NCBI RefSeq assembly: GCF_006345805.1
Contig: NC_042999.1
Location: 161,324,001-161,388,000, forward strand
DNA: 64,000 bases
Direction of reading: 5' to 3'
Source: Octopus sinensis
Lineage: Eukaryota
This document shows positions 28,386-40,078 of this stretch, piece after piece. How positions within the stretch are numbered: position 1 is the stretch's first letter; every line of letters starts with the position of its first letter. Position numbers and translations under genes: made by a program. The notes under the pieces are model-generated. The model was given only the letters and a program-made list of their open reading frames with translations. It made no database searches and was not told the origin of the DNA.

Positions 28386-28829
28386 TTAGAAGAAATGAGG
28401 TAATCAGAAGATCGGATGGTTTGTATTTACAGATATTTATTTATATATTACATTTTTTACATATATATCATATCACTTAGTTCATTAGCGCTTTCTCCCA
28501 TTCTAGTGGGGTTTTCAAATGAAAATAAGTTCCTTTGCTGGGGATTTTAACCATTTTATAGTTTCTGGTTGTGGTGGGGAGGAATGTAAGACAGTACAAG
28601 AGGGTGAGGTGGATGAGGAGGAAGTGAGAAGTGAGAAGGGGAACATGTGTGTAAAATGATTAAAATCCCCAGCAAAGGAACTTATTTTCATTTGAAAACC
28701 CCACTAGAATGGGAGAAAGCGCTAATGAACTAAGTGATATGATATATATGTAAAAAAATGTAATATATAAATAAATAAATATCTGTAAATACAAACCATC
28801 CGATCTTCTGATTACCTCATTTCCTCTAA
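28386..28829. mobile_element. Foldback-like element: ~175-180-bp inverted arms around a ~90-bp spacer
   Basis: 28386-28560 is nearly the exact reverse complement of 28650-28829; solo arm at 51036-51210. Confidence 0.85.
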
Positions 28830-29179
28830 TATATAATATCTGTACATCATCTCCAAACCTTCCAATATATATATTATATATATATATATACAGGCATAAC
28901 TACAGATTTCTGCCACCCCCACCTCCGACTTTGGATGATCATAACTTATAGAAAAATGGATATTTTAAAATGAAATTCGCTACAAATACACATCGGGCTA
29001 TGTAGATTCCGAGAACAGAGGAATTTGGGGGGGAAACAATTTGGGGTTATTTTTGAGAACTGTTCCCCACTTGGGGGTGTTTCGGAACAAGTCGTCAAAA
29101 TTTATTTCATTTTCTCCGTTTTGTGCGTTTGTGCATCCGTAGATTTCTACTACTCACATTTCATCGGCCTCAGTACGTA

Positions 29180-29246
<67 letters not shown>

Positions 29247-29362
29247 GATCGCTAAGTTAATGGTTGTGTTAGATGTACTTTTTCAATTCGGTTGTAAACC
29301 GATATTTACATTACATACATATCATACATAAATGTCTGTGTGTATGTGTGTGTGTTTGTACT

Positions 29363-30985
29363 CAACACCACAGTAAACTACCACACATGTACGGTCTCCC
29401 TAAGATTCACAAGGATGGTATTCCATTAAGACCTATAGTGAGCTGTAGAGGATCAGCATGTTATCCACTGAACCGCTTCCTTGTGGATATAATCAGTCCA
29501 TTAGCAGGGAAGTCAACATCGTGCGTGAAGAATTCTACCCTCTTCACAGAATTGACCAAGGATGCTACCATTGAATCCAACCAGATGGTGAGTCTAGATG
29601 TGATAAATATGTTCACCAAAGTCCCAACTGGCGAAGCACTATCGGTGATTCAAGAAAAACTAGCGACGACACCATCTAAAAGAATGCACTAGTACACCAG
29701 TAAGAAACTTGATGGAAATGTTGACCTTCTGTGTAGAAACTACCTACTTAGGTATGGACACTGATATATATCGACAAGAAGCGGGTTTAGCTATGGGTTC
29801 GCCATTATCACCCATAATAGCCAATATATACATGGAATACTTTGAGAATTTGGCTTTAGGATCAACACCACTAAAACCGACCCTATGGCTGCGATATGTT
29901 GATGACACCTTTATACTCTGGCCCCACCAGGAAGATATCCAAGTGCTGTTAGATCACGATGGAAAAGGAAAAAGACAATCAGCTAGTATTCCTGGCGTAT
30001 TAATAACGCTCACCTTCACTGGACGATTCCTCATCTTCAACTCCCACCATCCATACAGTGTAAAGAGAGGGATTGCTCAGTGCCTAAAACATCGAGCAAA
30101 GAATATAAGTAGCGATCTTGATACCCACCACGAAGAAATAATCAAGCTTAATAACAATCTATTAAGCAACAGCTACCCCATAAACATACTATCCACTCCA
30201 ATTATGAAGAAAAGGGAGGATGAAACCAATAAATTGTCCACGGTCTGTCTACCCTATGTGAAAGGCCTCTCCGAATAGATACAAAAGTTATGCTACCCAT
30301 ATGACATCAGGACAGTATTCAAAAGTAATACAACACTTCGCAAATATCTCCTTCGAGTAAAACCACCAGTAGAAGAGTATATGAACAAAAGCTGCGTGTA
30401 CTCCATCCCCATACAGCTGTGGTAGGTTATACAAAGGCGAAACATGCCACCCGCTCAAAATAAGGTTAGAGGAACATCACAAAGCTGTGACACGAGGAGA
30501 TATTGATAAATCGGGTATAGCTGATCATGTATGGAAAAATGGAGACCACCTTCCCCTGTGGGATGAAGTTAAAATAATGGACAGAGAACACCACTGGAAA
30601 ATACGAAAACTAAAAGAAGCGGCATATATGCTAGGACACAAGAATCTCCTAAGCAGACCGAGTGCAGTTATGAATAGCATATGGGAACTGGCGTTAAGGA
30701 AGGATAGGAAAATATTAGATTTATAAGCTCTAAAATTCACACCATAATTGCCCACGGGCAATCTTGAGCGCGGGCTACTAACCCCAAGATTCCGAGTTCG
30801 ATTCCAGACAGTGACCTGAATAATAGTAATAACCCAGGTTCGAAATTTCCCCAAGATACCTGATGAAGGCTGGAGGGCATATCAGCCGAAACGTTGTATT
30901 AACAACAAACAAGATGAGGACAAATATCCGTCAAATGTAAATAATGTACATAATTCTTCATCTCTTAAATATAGAACTGTCTTCG
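29363..30985 (+). mobile_element. 5'-truncated Penelope-like element (Poseidon-type): RT, GIY-YIG and 3' terminal region
   Basis: YGLPKIHKDGIPLRPIVS, VSLDVINMFTKVP, GLAMGSPLSPIIANIYME, WLRYVDDTF, VYSIP..YKGET..RLEEH, KSGIADHVW; several stops and frameshifts. Confidence 0.93.
30855..30900 (+). ncRNA. Minimal type I hammerhead ribozyme motif
   Basis: gatac-CUGAUGA-a-ggctg[gagggcatat]cagcc-GAAA-CGUU-gtatt; stem I 5 bp, stem II 5 bp, palindromic AACGUU in place of stem III. Confidence 0.7.
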
Positions 30986-31814
30986 TAATTTTTATATAAT
31001 ATACTCCTACTGGGACAAATACATGTATAAATATATGATATACGACTACCATGCATGTAAATACAGGCGATATCATTATATCATATTTGTACATATATCT
31101 ATACCGTATTGGCAGCAATTGACAAGGGTAGTTTATATTACAACTACCAATGACCAGTTTACTGCAATTGAGGTGTGTATACGCGTGTGTAGAAATATAC
31201 GAATCGCTGCGTATGTGTGTATGTATAATTTGCACATATGTATGTATAGTTCATTATGTGTGCAGTTTTGCAATAAATATGCGTACGTATAAAATTGTAG
31301 GCATATACAAACATAAAACACATCTACACTCAAACACATACACACACACGCGCACGAACGCACACGCACACGTACACATGCACACCCACACACGTTTGTA
31401 GAAGCAAGTCTCTTGGCCACTAAACTTGATTGGTTTATGTATGTGTCTAAATATCTATTTGTGTATACACTTACATGTATTATTTTATATATTTACTTAT
31501 ATATACATGCGTATGTGTGTGTTTATAAGCATATGTTATGAGAGGCGAAAGAGAAAAGAGAGGAGTAAATGCCTGCTCATTGAGATAAATCCAAAATGGC
31601 CAACTAAATATGAGGATTTGGGGTCCATTATATCGTTTCAGATATCATTGGATATCACACGCTATATGATTCTAATATCAGGCCACTAGCATGATATCAA
31701 ATTTACAGCATCCTCATCAAGTAGAGCATCGGTAATTGCTGTAAAAAATTCTTTTTTGTGTCTGTTTGTCCCTCTCTCTCTTGTCCTTCTCCTTACTCTC
31801 CCCCTCTCTTTCTC

Positions 31815-31845
<31 letters not shown>

Positions 31846-31924
31846 CCTCTTTCTTTCTGCCCTCTCTCTCTCCCTTTCCTTCTCTCGTATAGTCTTCTGA
31901 TAGCTTAGGATTATATATACCTAA

Positions 31925-32203
31925 TTGTGTGTGTTGTGTGTGTGCATTGCATGCATGTGTCTTGTGTGTATGTGCGTGCGTGTGTGGGTGGGTGTGCGCG
32001 TGTGCGTGCGTGTGTGTGTGTGTGTGAGTGCGTGTGTGTGTGAGTATGTGTGTGCGTGCGTGCGTGTGTGTGTGTGCGTGTGAGTGTGTGCGTGTGTGCG
32101 TATGAGTGTGCGTGTGTGTGTGCGTGCCTGCGTATGTGTGTGTGTGTGTGCGTGTGTGTGTGCGTGCGTGTGTGTGTGCGTGCGTGTGCGTGTGTGTGCG
32201 TGC

Positions 32204-32238
<35 letters not shown>
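31925..32238. repeat. Degenerate (TG)/(TGCG)n array
   Basis: Direct reading. Confidence 0.9.
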
Positions 32239-32389
32239 TTTTTATAACTTATGCCGATGTAAACTATAGAAACAATAAGAAAGTACCACAAATGTATCAT
32301 ATAAAGACAATGAGGAATATTTACCACAAGTTTTGGAACGTCTGGATGTTTCCGTAACTCTTCGCCTCGTCAACCGGTGTTTTATTAAA

Positions 32390-32804
32390 CAGGAGTGGCT
32401 GTGTGGTAAGTAGCTTGCTAACCAACCACATGGTTCCGGGTTCAGTTCCACTGCGTGGCATCTTGGGCAGGTATCTTCTACTATAGCCTCGGGCCGACCA
32501 ATGCCTTGTGAGTGGATTCGGTAGACGGAAACTGAAAGAAGCCCGTCGTATATATGTATATATATATATGTGTGTGTGTATGTGTTTGTGTGTCTGTGTT
32601 TGTCCCCCTAGCATTGCTTGACAACCGATGCTGGTTTGTTTATGTCCCCGTCACTTAGCGGTTCGGCAAAAGAGACCGATTGAATAAGTACTGGGCTTAC
32701 AAAAGAATAAGTCCCGGGGTCGATTTGCTCGACTAAAGGCGGTGCTACAGCATGGCCGCAGTTAAATGACTGAAACAAGTAAAAGAGTAGAAGTGTAAAA
32801 GAGA
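32390..32804 (+). mobile_element. SINE family A
   Basis: Colinear with other family-A copies. Confidence 0.92.
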
Positions 32805-33189
32805 TGTTACTTAACGATAAACTATAGCAGTTGCTGCCAAGGAGCGGATGGTATCATATACTGGGTGAGGTACGAAGCAGTCACTCTATATATTACTCGC
32901 AATGACTGAAAAACTCGCTTAGATGAACTTAAAAATATACTGTGGATGTTCATTGCGTCTATTTACTACGCGCGCGTACGAATGCACACACACACACACA
33001 CACACACACACTTACGCACACACACATGCTCATATACTCATATGCTCATACACTCACACATACATAAACTCACACGCATATACACTCACACACACATGTA
33101 AGTAACGAGCAAGAAAGTGAGTGCTCAACACCACGTAAATGAATGACTAATTCCTTTTAATAAATCAAATAGTTCCATGATACCAATGG

Positions 33190-33324
33190 TTGCCTTTCAT
33201 CCTTTCGGGGTCGGTAAATTAAGTACCAGTTACGCACCGGGGTCCATATAATCGACTTAATCCGTTTGTTTGTCCTTCTTTGTCCCCTCTGTGTTTAGCC
33301 CCTTGTGGGTAGTAAAGAAACAGG
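33190..33324 (+). mobile_element. SINE family B, 3' half
   Basis: gcctttcatcctttcggggtcggtaaattaagtaccag...gggtagtaaagaaa. Confidence 0.85.
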
Positions 33325-33540
33325 TTTCATGCCGAATTAACAAGTTTCAATCGGAGTTTGAGATTTCAAAATAAATAAATAAATAGAATAAAAACGAGAA
33401 TCCTGTACGAGATAACTATACAAAAACAAATCCTGTAGAGTCAATAATTAGGCTGGAACTGACTTACACACAACTTAAAATACAAACTCCAAAATTAACC
33501 CCAACATAAACCCTACTGCAATTTTATTATTTTTTAAAAA

Positions 33541-33711
33541 TTTTATTTAGTTTCAGCTCACAAGCTGTGGCCATCCTGGGGCACCGCCATTTGGTGTTGC
33601 TACATGATTTTAGTTCACGAATGTTTTTTAGCAAATGCCATATGGTGCATGAGAGAGTTCGATGCAGCTGCCCTCATCTGCACCTCCTGCCGTGAAGTTG
33701 GTTCATCTGGG
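33541..33711 (-). mobile_element. CR1-group LINE extreme 3' end
   Basis: Homologous to 15040-15210 (PDEPTSRQEVQMRAAASNSLMH). Confidence 0.8.
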
Positions 33712-34184
33712 AAATATTATCAAATTACCAGGCTAAGGGTATACGACGCAAGTTTTATGTATTACTTAGAGCCATAAAATAATGTCAACATTGGGTAACA
33801 TATTATAACTTACACTCACTGAAACAGCCATCCAGTTTACCACTTTTGTTAGTACTACGTTATGACAATAGCACCTACTGCATGTCCCACTCCACATATT
33901 TTTATGTGGTTTTATACGTATGTAATGTTTTGTATTTGCAGTTATAATTTATGTAATATTTTGCGTCTCCTGTTATGCTCAACTTATGGACTTCTATATT
34001 ATACAAATCGAATTCTTACTTTTACTTGGTTAAATGGACGTTTGTGACAAACTTGCACATTTGCACCCACATTGACGCGTGATGTTGCTCACGAACACTC
34101 TTGGGTATACACATAGATAAACTTGTTTCAATAGACTAACGTATTAGAGATTCTATGGCAATAATAATAATAATAATAATAGTG

Positions 34185-34264
<80 letters not shown>

Positions 34265-34306
34265 TGTAGTAGTAGTAGTAGTAGTAATAAAAATAATAAT
34301 AATAAT

Positions 34307-34834
34307 TGCTCTGATGCAGATCTTAACTCATTGGAAGTGTTATCATGTACATTGTTTTGTCTTGGTATAAAAGATGGGCAGCAGCAAATATTCTGCTCAA
34401 TACCACAGATTTGCTTGTCAGTTGTTTGACCGTAACCAGTTGAGCATGTCCCTTAGTGGCTGATGATATGTGCATCTCTGATCACGAGCAGAAGTAGTGG
34501 GGGGGGCATCATAGCCATGTGTTGAGAGGGATTCTTTGGGGTTTGAATAATTCACCTCTGGGAACATGGATGTTTCGTTCAACATCCTTAAACAACCCTT
34601 ATTCAGGGACCTTTTGAGCTTGGTGGGTTACTCGACCAGAAGAAAATTCTAACTGGGCCCCACCTGCAAGGTCATGTGCTGTTTATCTTGATATGAGATC
34701 ACCATGTCGCACACATATGGTTGTGATGCATGTGCCTGGTGTACCCTTATCAGACGGGTAGTCATGATGGGTATACTGGGTTTCATATATTTTACCCCAG
34801 TGTCACTTTGATGGCATGAACTGCTCTCTCACTC
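34307..34834 (+). mobile_element. ~540-bp triplet-flanked element, copy 3
   Basis: Same ends as copies 1-2, with a small deletion after ctgatgcag; (AGT)/(AAT)n upstream, (AAT)n downstream. Confidence 0.88.
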
Positions 34835-34927
<93 letters not shown>

Positions 34928-34929
<2 letters not shown>

Positions 34930-35088
34930 TTCTTTACTACCCACAAGGGGCTAAACACAGAGGGGACAAACAAGGAAGACAAAGGGATTAAGTCTATTAT
35001 ATCGACCCCGAAAGGATGAAAGACAAAGTCGACCTCGGCGGAATTTGAACTCGACTTTGCCTTTCATCCTTTCGGGGTCGATAAATTA
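34928..35088 (-). mobile_element. Rearranged SINE family B (internal deletion plus inverted partial copy)
   Basis: Deletion between two tatcgacccc repeats; 33-bp inverted duplication at 35051-35083. Confidence 0.85.
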
Positions 35089-35142
35089 ATAATAATAATA
35101 TTAATAGACAAAATGAAGAGTGCAAATCGATTGCAATAGACA

Positions 35143-36613
35143 TTATTGGTCGAGTGATATTTCAACAGCAAGCCTGTCTTTGTCGAGTTCAAAATATGAA
35201 GTGATAAAAATTCGAAATTATAAAAATTAAATTTAAAATATGAACGAAAGCATCCAGCGTCCACACGTTAATGGAATGACATCGTCAGTCTTTAAGTTTT
35301 AATTAATTAACAGGCGAAAAGAAAAGAAAAACAGAAAAAATAGGAAAGAAAAAAGAAAAGGTAAAAAAAAGAATATTTCATCAAACAATTTTGTATAAAT
35401 TTAATGATATTCTCCTGTCATTTTATTCATTTCACAAGGACGTGATATTCATAACCTGGAAACATATTTCTCCTCATGCATTTTGAGAAGTGAAAGTGAT
35501 GCAGATTCAGAAAATTTTCGGAGAATATGCACTTTCAAGTCTTTTTTCAAAATTGCAGCCGCTTGGAGTAAAATTTTCGGGAAGTTCTGTCGAACTACTG
35601 TTATTGTGCATGACGTCATATCTATGCACATTCAATTTTTTTGTTTAATTGTTCTGCTGTAAAACCAACATAAATCAATTTGTGTTTCGTGTATTCTGCA
35701 GCGTACACCAAATGGAAATTTCTACATGTGCCACCTTCTGTTTAAATTATAACATTTCTGTTATGATTCCTGATGGAATTCACTTGACTCATGTTGTTGC
35801 ACAATGAACAGTGCTTACCTCTCCGGCGGTTGTTTTTCAAGGCACAGCGTGCAGATACTCCAATGTTCGTTTTCTTGGAGTCTAAAGGCTACAATAGGCG
35901 GCTGAGAAAATATCTGTTTGAAACGAGGATATTTTTTCACTACATGCTGGTAACTTTTATGCAATACTTTTGAAATGCCAGCGAAATGTCGATGCCAGTT
36001 AATCACTAAAGGAATTCTGACATCTATTGTATTGTGTTTGCTGAAATTATGCGTGGAGGTTTGACTATCTTTGGTAATGTTAGCTATTTCATTTGCTATT
36101 TCCTTTAACCGTTAATCACTGTATCCGCGTTTGACATGATGATGTACAAAAGCATTTGCATGTTTCCAGTAATCCCCTATGTCAGTTACAAAGCCGTTTT
36201 ATCCTCAAAAATTGGGATTTCGGATTTGACCGAATAATATGGTTTGGATGATCGGAGCGGTGGTGGAGATAAATATGAGATAACGTGGGCTTGCAGAATA
36301 ACTATGTCACTATTCTGCCACCAGAAAAGTTAACTTTTGTGTCCAAAAATTCAACGCTAGTTTTCGAAAAGCTAGGCGTAAATTTTGTTTGACTTAAAGC
36401 CATAGTTTTTAGCATAACAGTCACAGAAATGCAAGAAGTCAATTAAACTACCCTGTGATCCTTCCCAGACAAAAAAGACTTCATCAATGAACCGTTACCA
36501 GAGTACTGGTTCATGACCATGAAGGAATTTAAATGTCTTCAGTAATTTCTTCTCGAATTTCGTCATGAAATCGACAAAGACAGGCTTGCTGTCGAAATAT
36601 CGTTCAACCAATA
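35143..36613 (-). mobile_element. Decayed Neptune-type Penelope-like element with an inverted partial terminal repeat at its 5' end
   Basis: W*RFIDE, VEFLDTKV, KPTLSHIYLHHRSDHP..SQFLRIKRLC, FKQIFSQPPIVAFR, HCSLC, LVYAAE..IYVGFT..HRYD; 35143-35192 is inverted to 36565-36613. Confidence 0.85.
36565..36607 (+). ncRNA. Variant-core hammerhead motif (second copy at 35150-35192, - strand)
   Basis: UCGACAA-a-gacag[gcttg]ctgtc-GAAA-UAUC-gttcaa; the complementary stem-I strand ttgaac is preserved in the other copy. Confidence 0.55.
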
Positions 36614-39296
36614 AAAAGCACTGCTCCTACACCGTAATCATTCGCATCTTTCACCAATATAACATCCGGCTTTGGCTCAAAATGCATTAACGATAAGTTC
36701 GATGTTAAAATTTTTTAAAATTTGTTAAATGCCTTCTGGCATTTATCAGTCCAGAACCATTTTGCATTTTACTTTAACAAATCATTTTCTGGGGCCTTTA
36801 CATTGTGCATAGTGGGAATATAAATTCGATAGTAATTCACTAATCTCAAAAATGCTTGTCGCATTATTCAGCGTGGGCACATGTTTTTTATCGCAGTTGT
36901 TGTGGATGGATCCAGTTTCTGTCCATTTTTATCTATTATCTGGCTCAAGTATTTAATTTTTGTTCAGAAAAAACTCGCATTTTTTCTTCACTTAGCTTAA
37001 ACCTGTACTCTCTTATCTTTTCGAATACCCTTTTTACGTTTTCTACATGTTGTTCGTGTGATTTACTTTTTATTAGGATATCGTCTAAATAGGCGATAGC
37101 AAAATCACAGTCCGCAAGCATTGTATCGATTACTTGTTGAAATATGGAAGAGCCACTTTTACACCGAAGGGAAACTGCTGAAATTTGGATAAGCTACGGT
37201 GTGTATTAATGGTTAATAAGTGTGAGAATCTTCTACTTTGATTTATAAGTATGCCTCCAACAGGTCTAATTTTGAGAAGAATTTTCCTCCATTCAGTTCT
37301 AAGAACACTTCCTCTGGACTCAGAAATTGGTAGCTGTGTGAGTTTAAGCAATCATTTAAACCCGTTGAAAAATCTGCAAAAACTCGTAATTTATTTTTCT
37401 TTATTACGTAGACTGTAAATGCTGCCCAATTTGAGTGGTCCGTCTTCTCGATTATTTCTAGGCTTTCAAGTCTTTCAGGTGCCTTATTTACCTGTTCTAG
37501 TGCCGCGAACGGTACATTACTTTTTGACTTAAATACAGATGTTGCACTTTGCTTTACTACAACTTTTGCCCTCGTTTTCGTGCAGTAGCCCAATTCACCC
37601 GAAAAAACATTTGGGAATAAATGTTTTATTTTTCGTTTTAATCCCTCAACCGCAGTCGAACCTTCAACTGAACCGACTATATTACTACACAAAACACTTA
37701 CAGGCGTATTCCACATTTTGAACAGCTCCATCCATTCTGTGCCGAATAAATTTACTGAATTTTTTAACACACATACCTTTTCCTTTTTCATTTGGTCATG
37801 AAGTATTATATTACACACAGATTCACCTACAAAGACTAATCTTTTATCCGCAACACCGTGTGCTACAGTTCTAGAGTTACTTAATTTTGGCTCACCGATA
37901 TACTTCCAAGGTTCTTCCTCCACAATGGTAATATCACCTCCAGTATCTAATTGCATTTTTACTCTTATATTTTCAATTTTCCCATTTACGAATTTCCTCT
38001 TTGACACATTACCATTTCTTTCGATGGCATCTTATTCATTCTTTTTTCTTTGTCCTAACGTTTTGTCATCTTGGTTTTACAGTGCGCTTTTGCGTGTCCA
38101 ATTTTTCCACAACAGAAACATTCCACTTTCTTAAATGGGCAGTTTTTGCTCAGGTGTAGACCTCCACATGCAAAATATGGGTTTGCTTCCTGACTTTTGT
38201 CGTTTGTACTGTATTTTAGTATTCACTTGATTTCTATTCTGCCTGTTTCATACTTGTTTCACTTGTGAGCAAACTTCATGTTCAATTTTCTCAGTGTCGT
38301 ATCTTAGATTTACCATTCTTTCACACTATTTTGACACTTGTTGTAAGGTTACAGCTTGGTTTTGTTCCAGCTTAGCGAAAATTCTTATTCTTACTTCTGC
38401 ATCTTTTTCTGCAGTTAGTCCCTGAACATGTCTGGCGTTAAATCATCCAGTTTGAATTTTTCACATCCTCTGTTAACTCCACCAGCATATGTGATGTAGT
38501 TCTTTCTAAGTTCAAACATTTCCAGCGTGTATTGAACAACGAGCTTTCTCGCTAAAAATTCTACACAGTATGTCTGTTGTATTTCTAAAGTTTATGTCAG
38601 AAAGTCTTTTCGGGAGTACGTAATTTCTGCAACGCTCATGTTCTCCTGCCGCCAGTTTTCTTAAGATTAAACGCGTTTTCATATTGTCATTCCAATCTTT
38701 ACACTCTTTACAGAAGATCTGTTCGTATCTTCTAAAGTACGCCCCGAAGATAACTCCTTCGTCTGGTTCATACTTAAATTCCGTTATTGAGTTTGCAACA
38801 TAATCTGGCGAGAAAAAATTTTCAGCATTTTTGGACGACTTATTATTCGTTAATTGCAGCATTTGTTGTTGTAATAGTAAGTGTTGTTGTTTTTGCAGTA
38901 GTAATTGTTGTTGTTGTTCTTGCAGTTGTTGTTGCTGTAATAGTAATTGTTATTGTTGTTGTTATCCTTCTTGTTGTTGGTGCTGTTTTTGTTGCTGTTG
39001 TTCTTTCAGCTATTGCTGTTGCTCTTTTTACAACTAGTACAAACTGGCCAACAATTCTTCCATAATTCTTCCATTTTGTATACTGTAAAATTCGCTCAAA
39101 ATACTTTTGTGAGTTTCGTAAATCCTTGTGAGTTAGTTTAATCCTCGTGAGTTTGTTAATTCCTCGTCTCCATTGTTGTAATCCAACGTCGTGCTGTTGT
39201 AACGTCCACTCCGGTATTGTAGTATAGTTAGTCAGACAAATAAAGACACGACTATCTATGACCTACTTCGCCGACTCCTCGACCTCCTACATCACA
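36614..39296 (-). mobile_element. Decayed Ty3/Gypsy LTR retrotransposon: 5' LTR, PBS, gag, protease, RT and start of RNase H
   Basis: LTR 39174-39296 (TGT..ACA); PBS-like tggagacgagg; gag YFRRYEQIF..RLILRKL; CCHC knuckles; protease LDTGGD; RT FSKLDLLEAY..YLDD; RNase H DANDYGVGAVL truncated at the PLE junction. Confidence 0.9.
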
Positions 39297-39744
39297 GTAT
39301 TTGTAACGACTAGCGCATACCACTCGTCATCTGGGAGGAGGTGTTCCATTAATATTATCATTATCCCTATAACAGTATTAATAGTGTCTTTGTCGCTAAT
39401 ATATATTTTTTAACAGGCTCACTTGCTAATCGCGACACCAGCTCCTGTTCAAGCATTGATTTTCTATATATTGCTGACGGAGAGATGAGTCGCTGCTATT
39501 TCATCTCTAACAGTCTAGTGTCCATTACTAATGAGACCAAGAAAGGTCAAATTCACATGATCTGGTGGTCTCAGCGCTGGAGCTGGTGGGGATTTATCTC
39601 CCTGCTAGCAAAATAAACAAGCGTGTACCAAACGCCTATATGAGTGTTTCTCTCATGGTATCTACTACAACAAAGTTTGTTCTGATACATCCACGTTTAA
39701 GTGGGAATAAATATTACCTCTCGGTAATAATACTGCCACTTTTG

Positions 39745-39808
<64 letters not shown>

Positions 39809-39815
39809 TATATAT

Positions 39816-39933
39816 ACAACGAGCTTTTTTCAGTTTCCGTCTACCAAACCCACTCACAGGGCTTTGGTCGGCCTGTGGCTATAATAGAAGACACTTGTCA
39901 CGCAGTGGGACTGAAACTCGAACCACGTCGTTG
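39816..39933 (-). mobile_element. SINE family A fragment
   Basis: ttcagtttccgtctaccaaacccactcac..cacgcagtgggactgaa. Confidence 0.75.
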
Positions 39934-40078
39934 AGCTACAGTGTCGAACCCTTTCCTTCACCAAAAGCCAACCGCATAAGAATCACATAAAATTCGCCAT
40001 TGAAAAGGTTGTTATACAGGCGTTGCTCCAGCCTGACCACAGCCTTTCGGCTAAAACGTGTAAAAGAATATGTATATA

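Noticed and set aside
35146-36611. Mariner-like element with TA TSD and ~45-bp TIRs
   Set aside because: The interior encodes PLE RT and GIY-YIG, and the inverted repeats contain a hammerhead motif; better explained as PLE termini.
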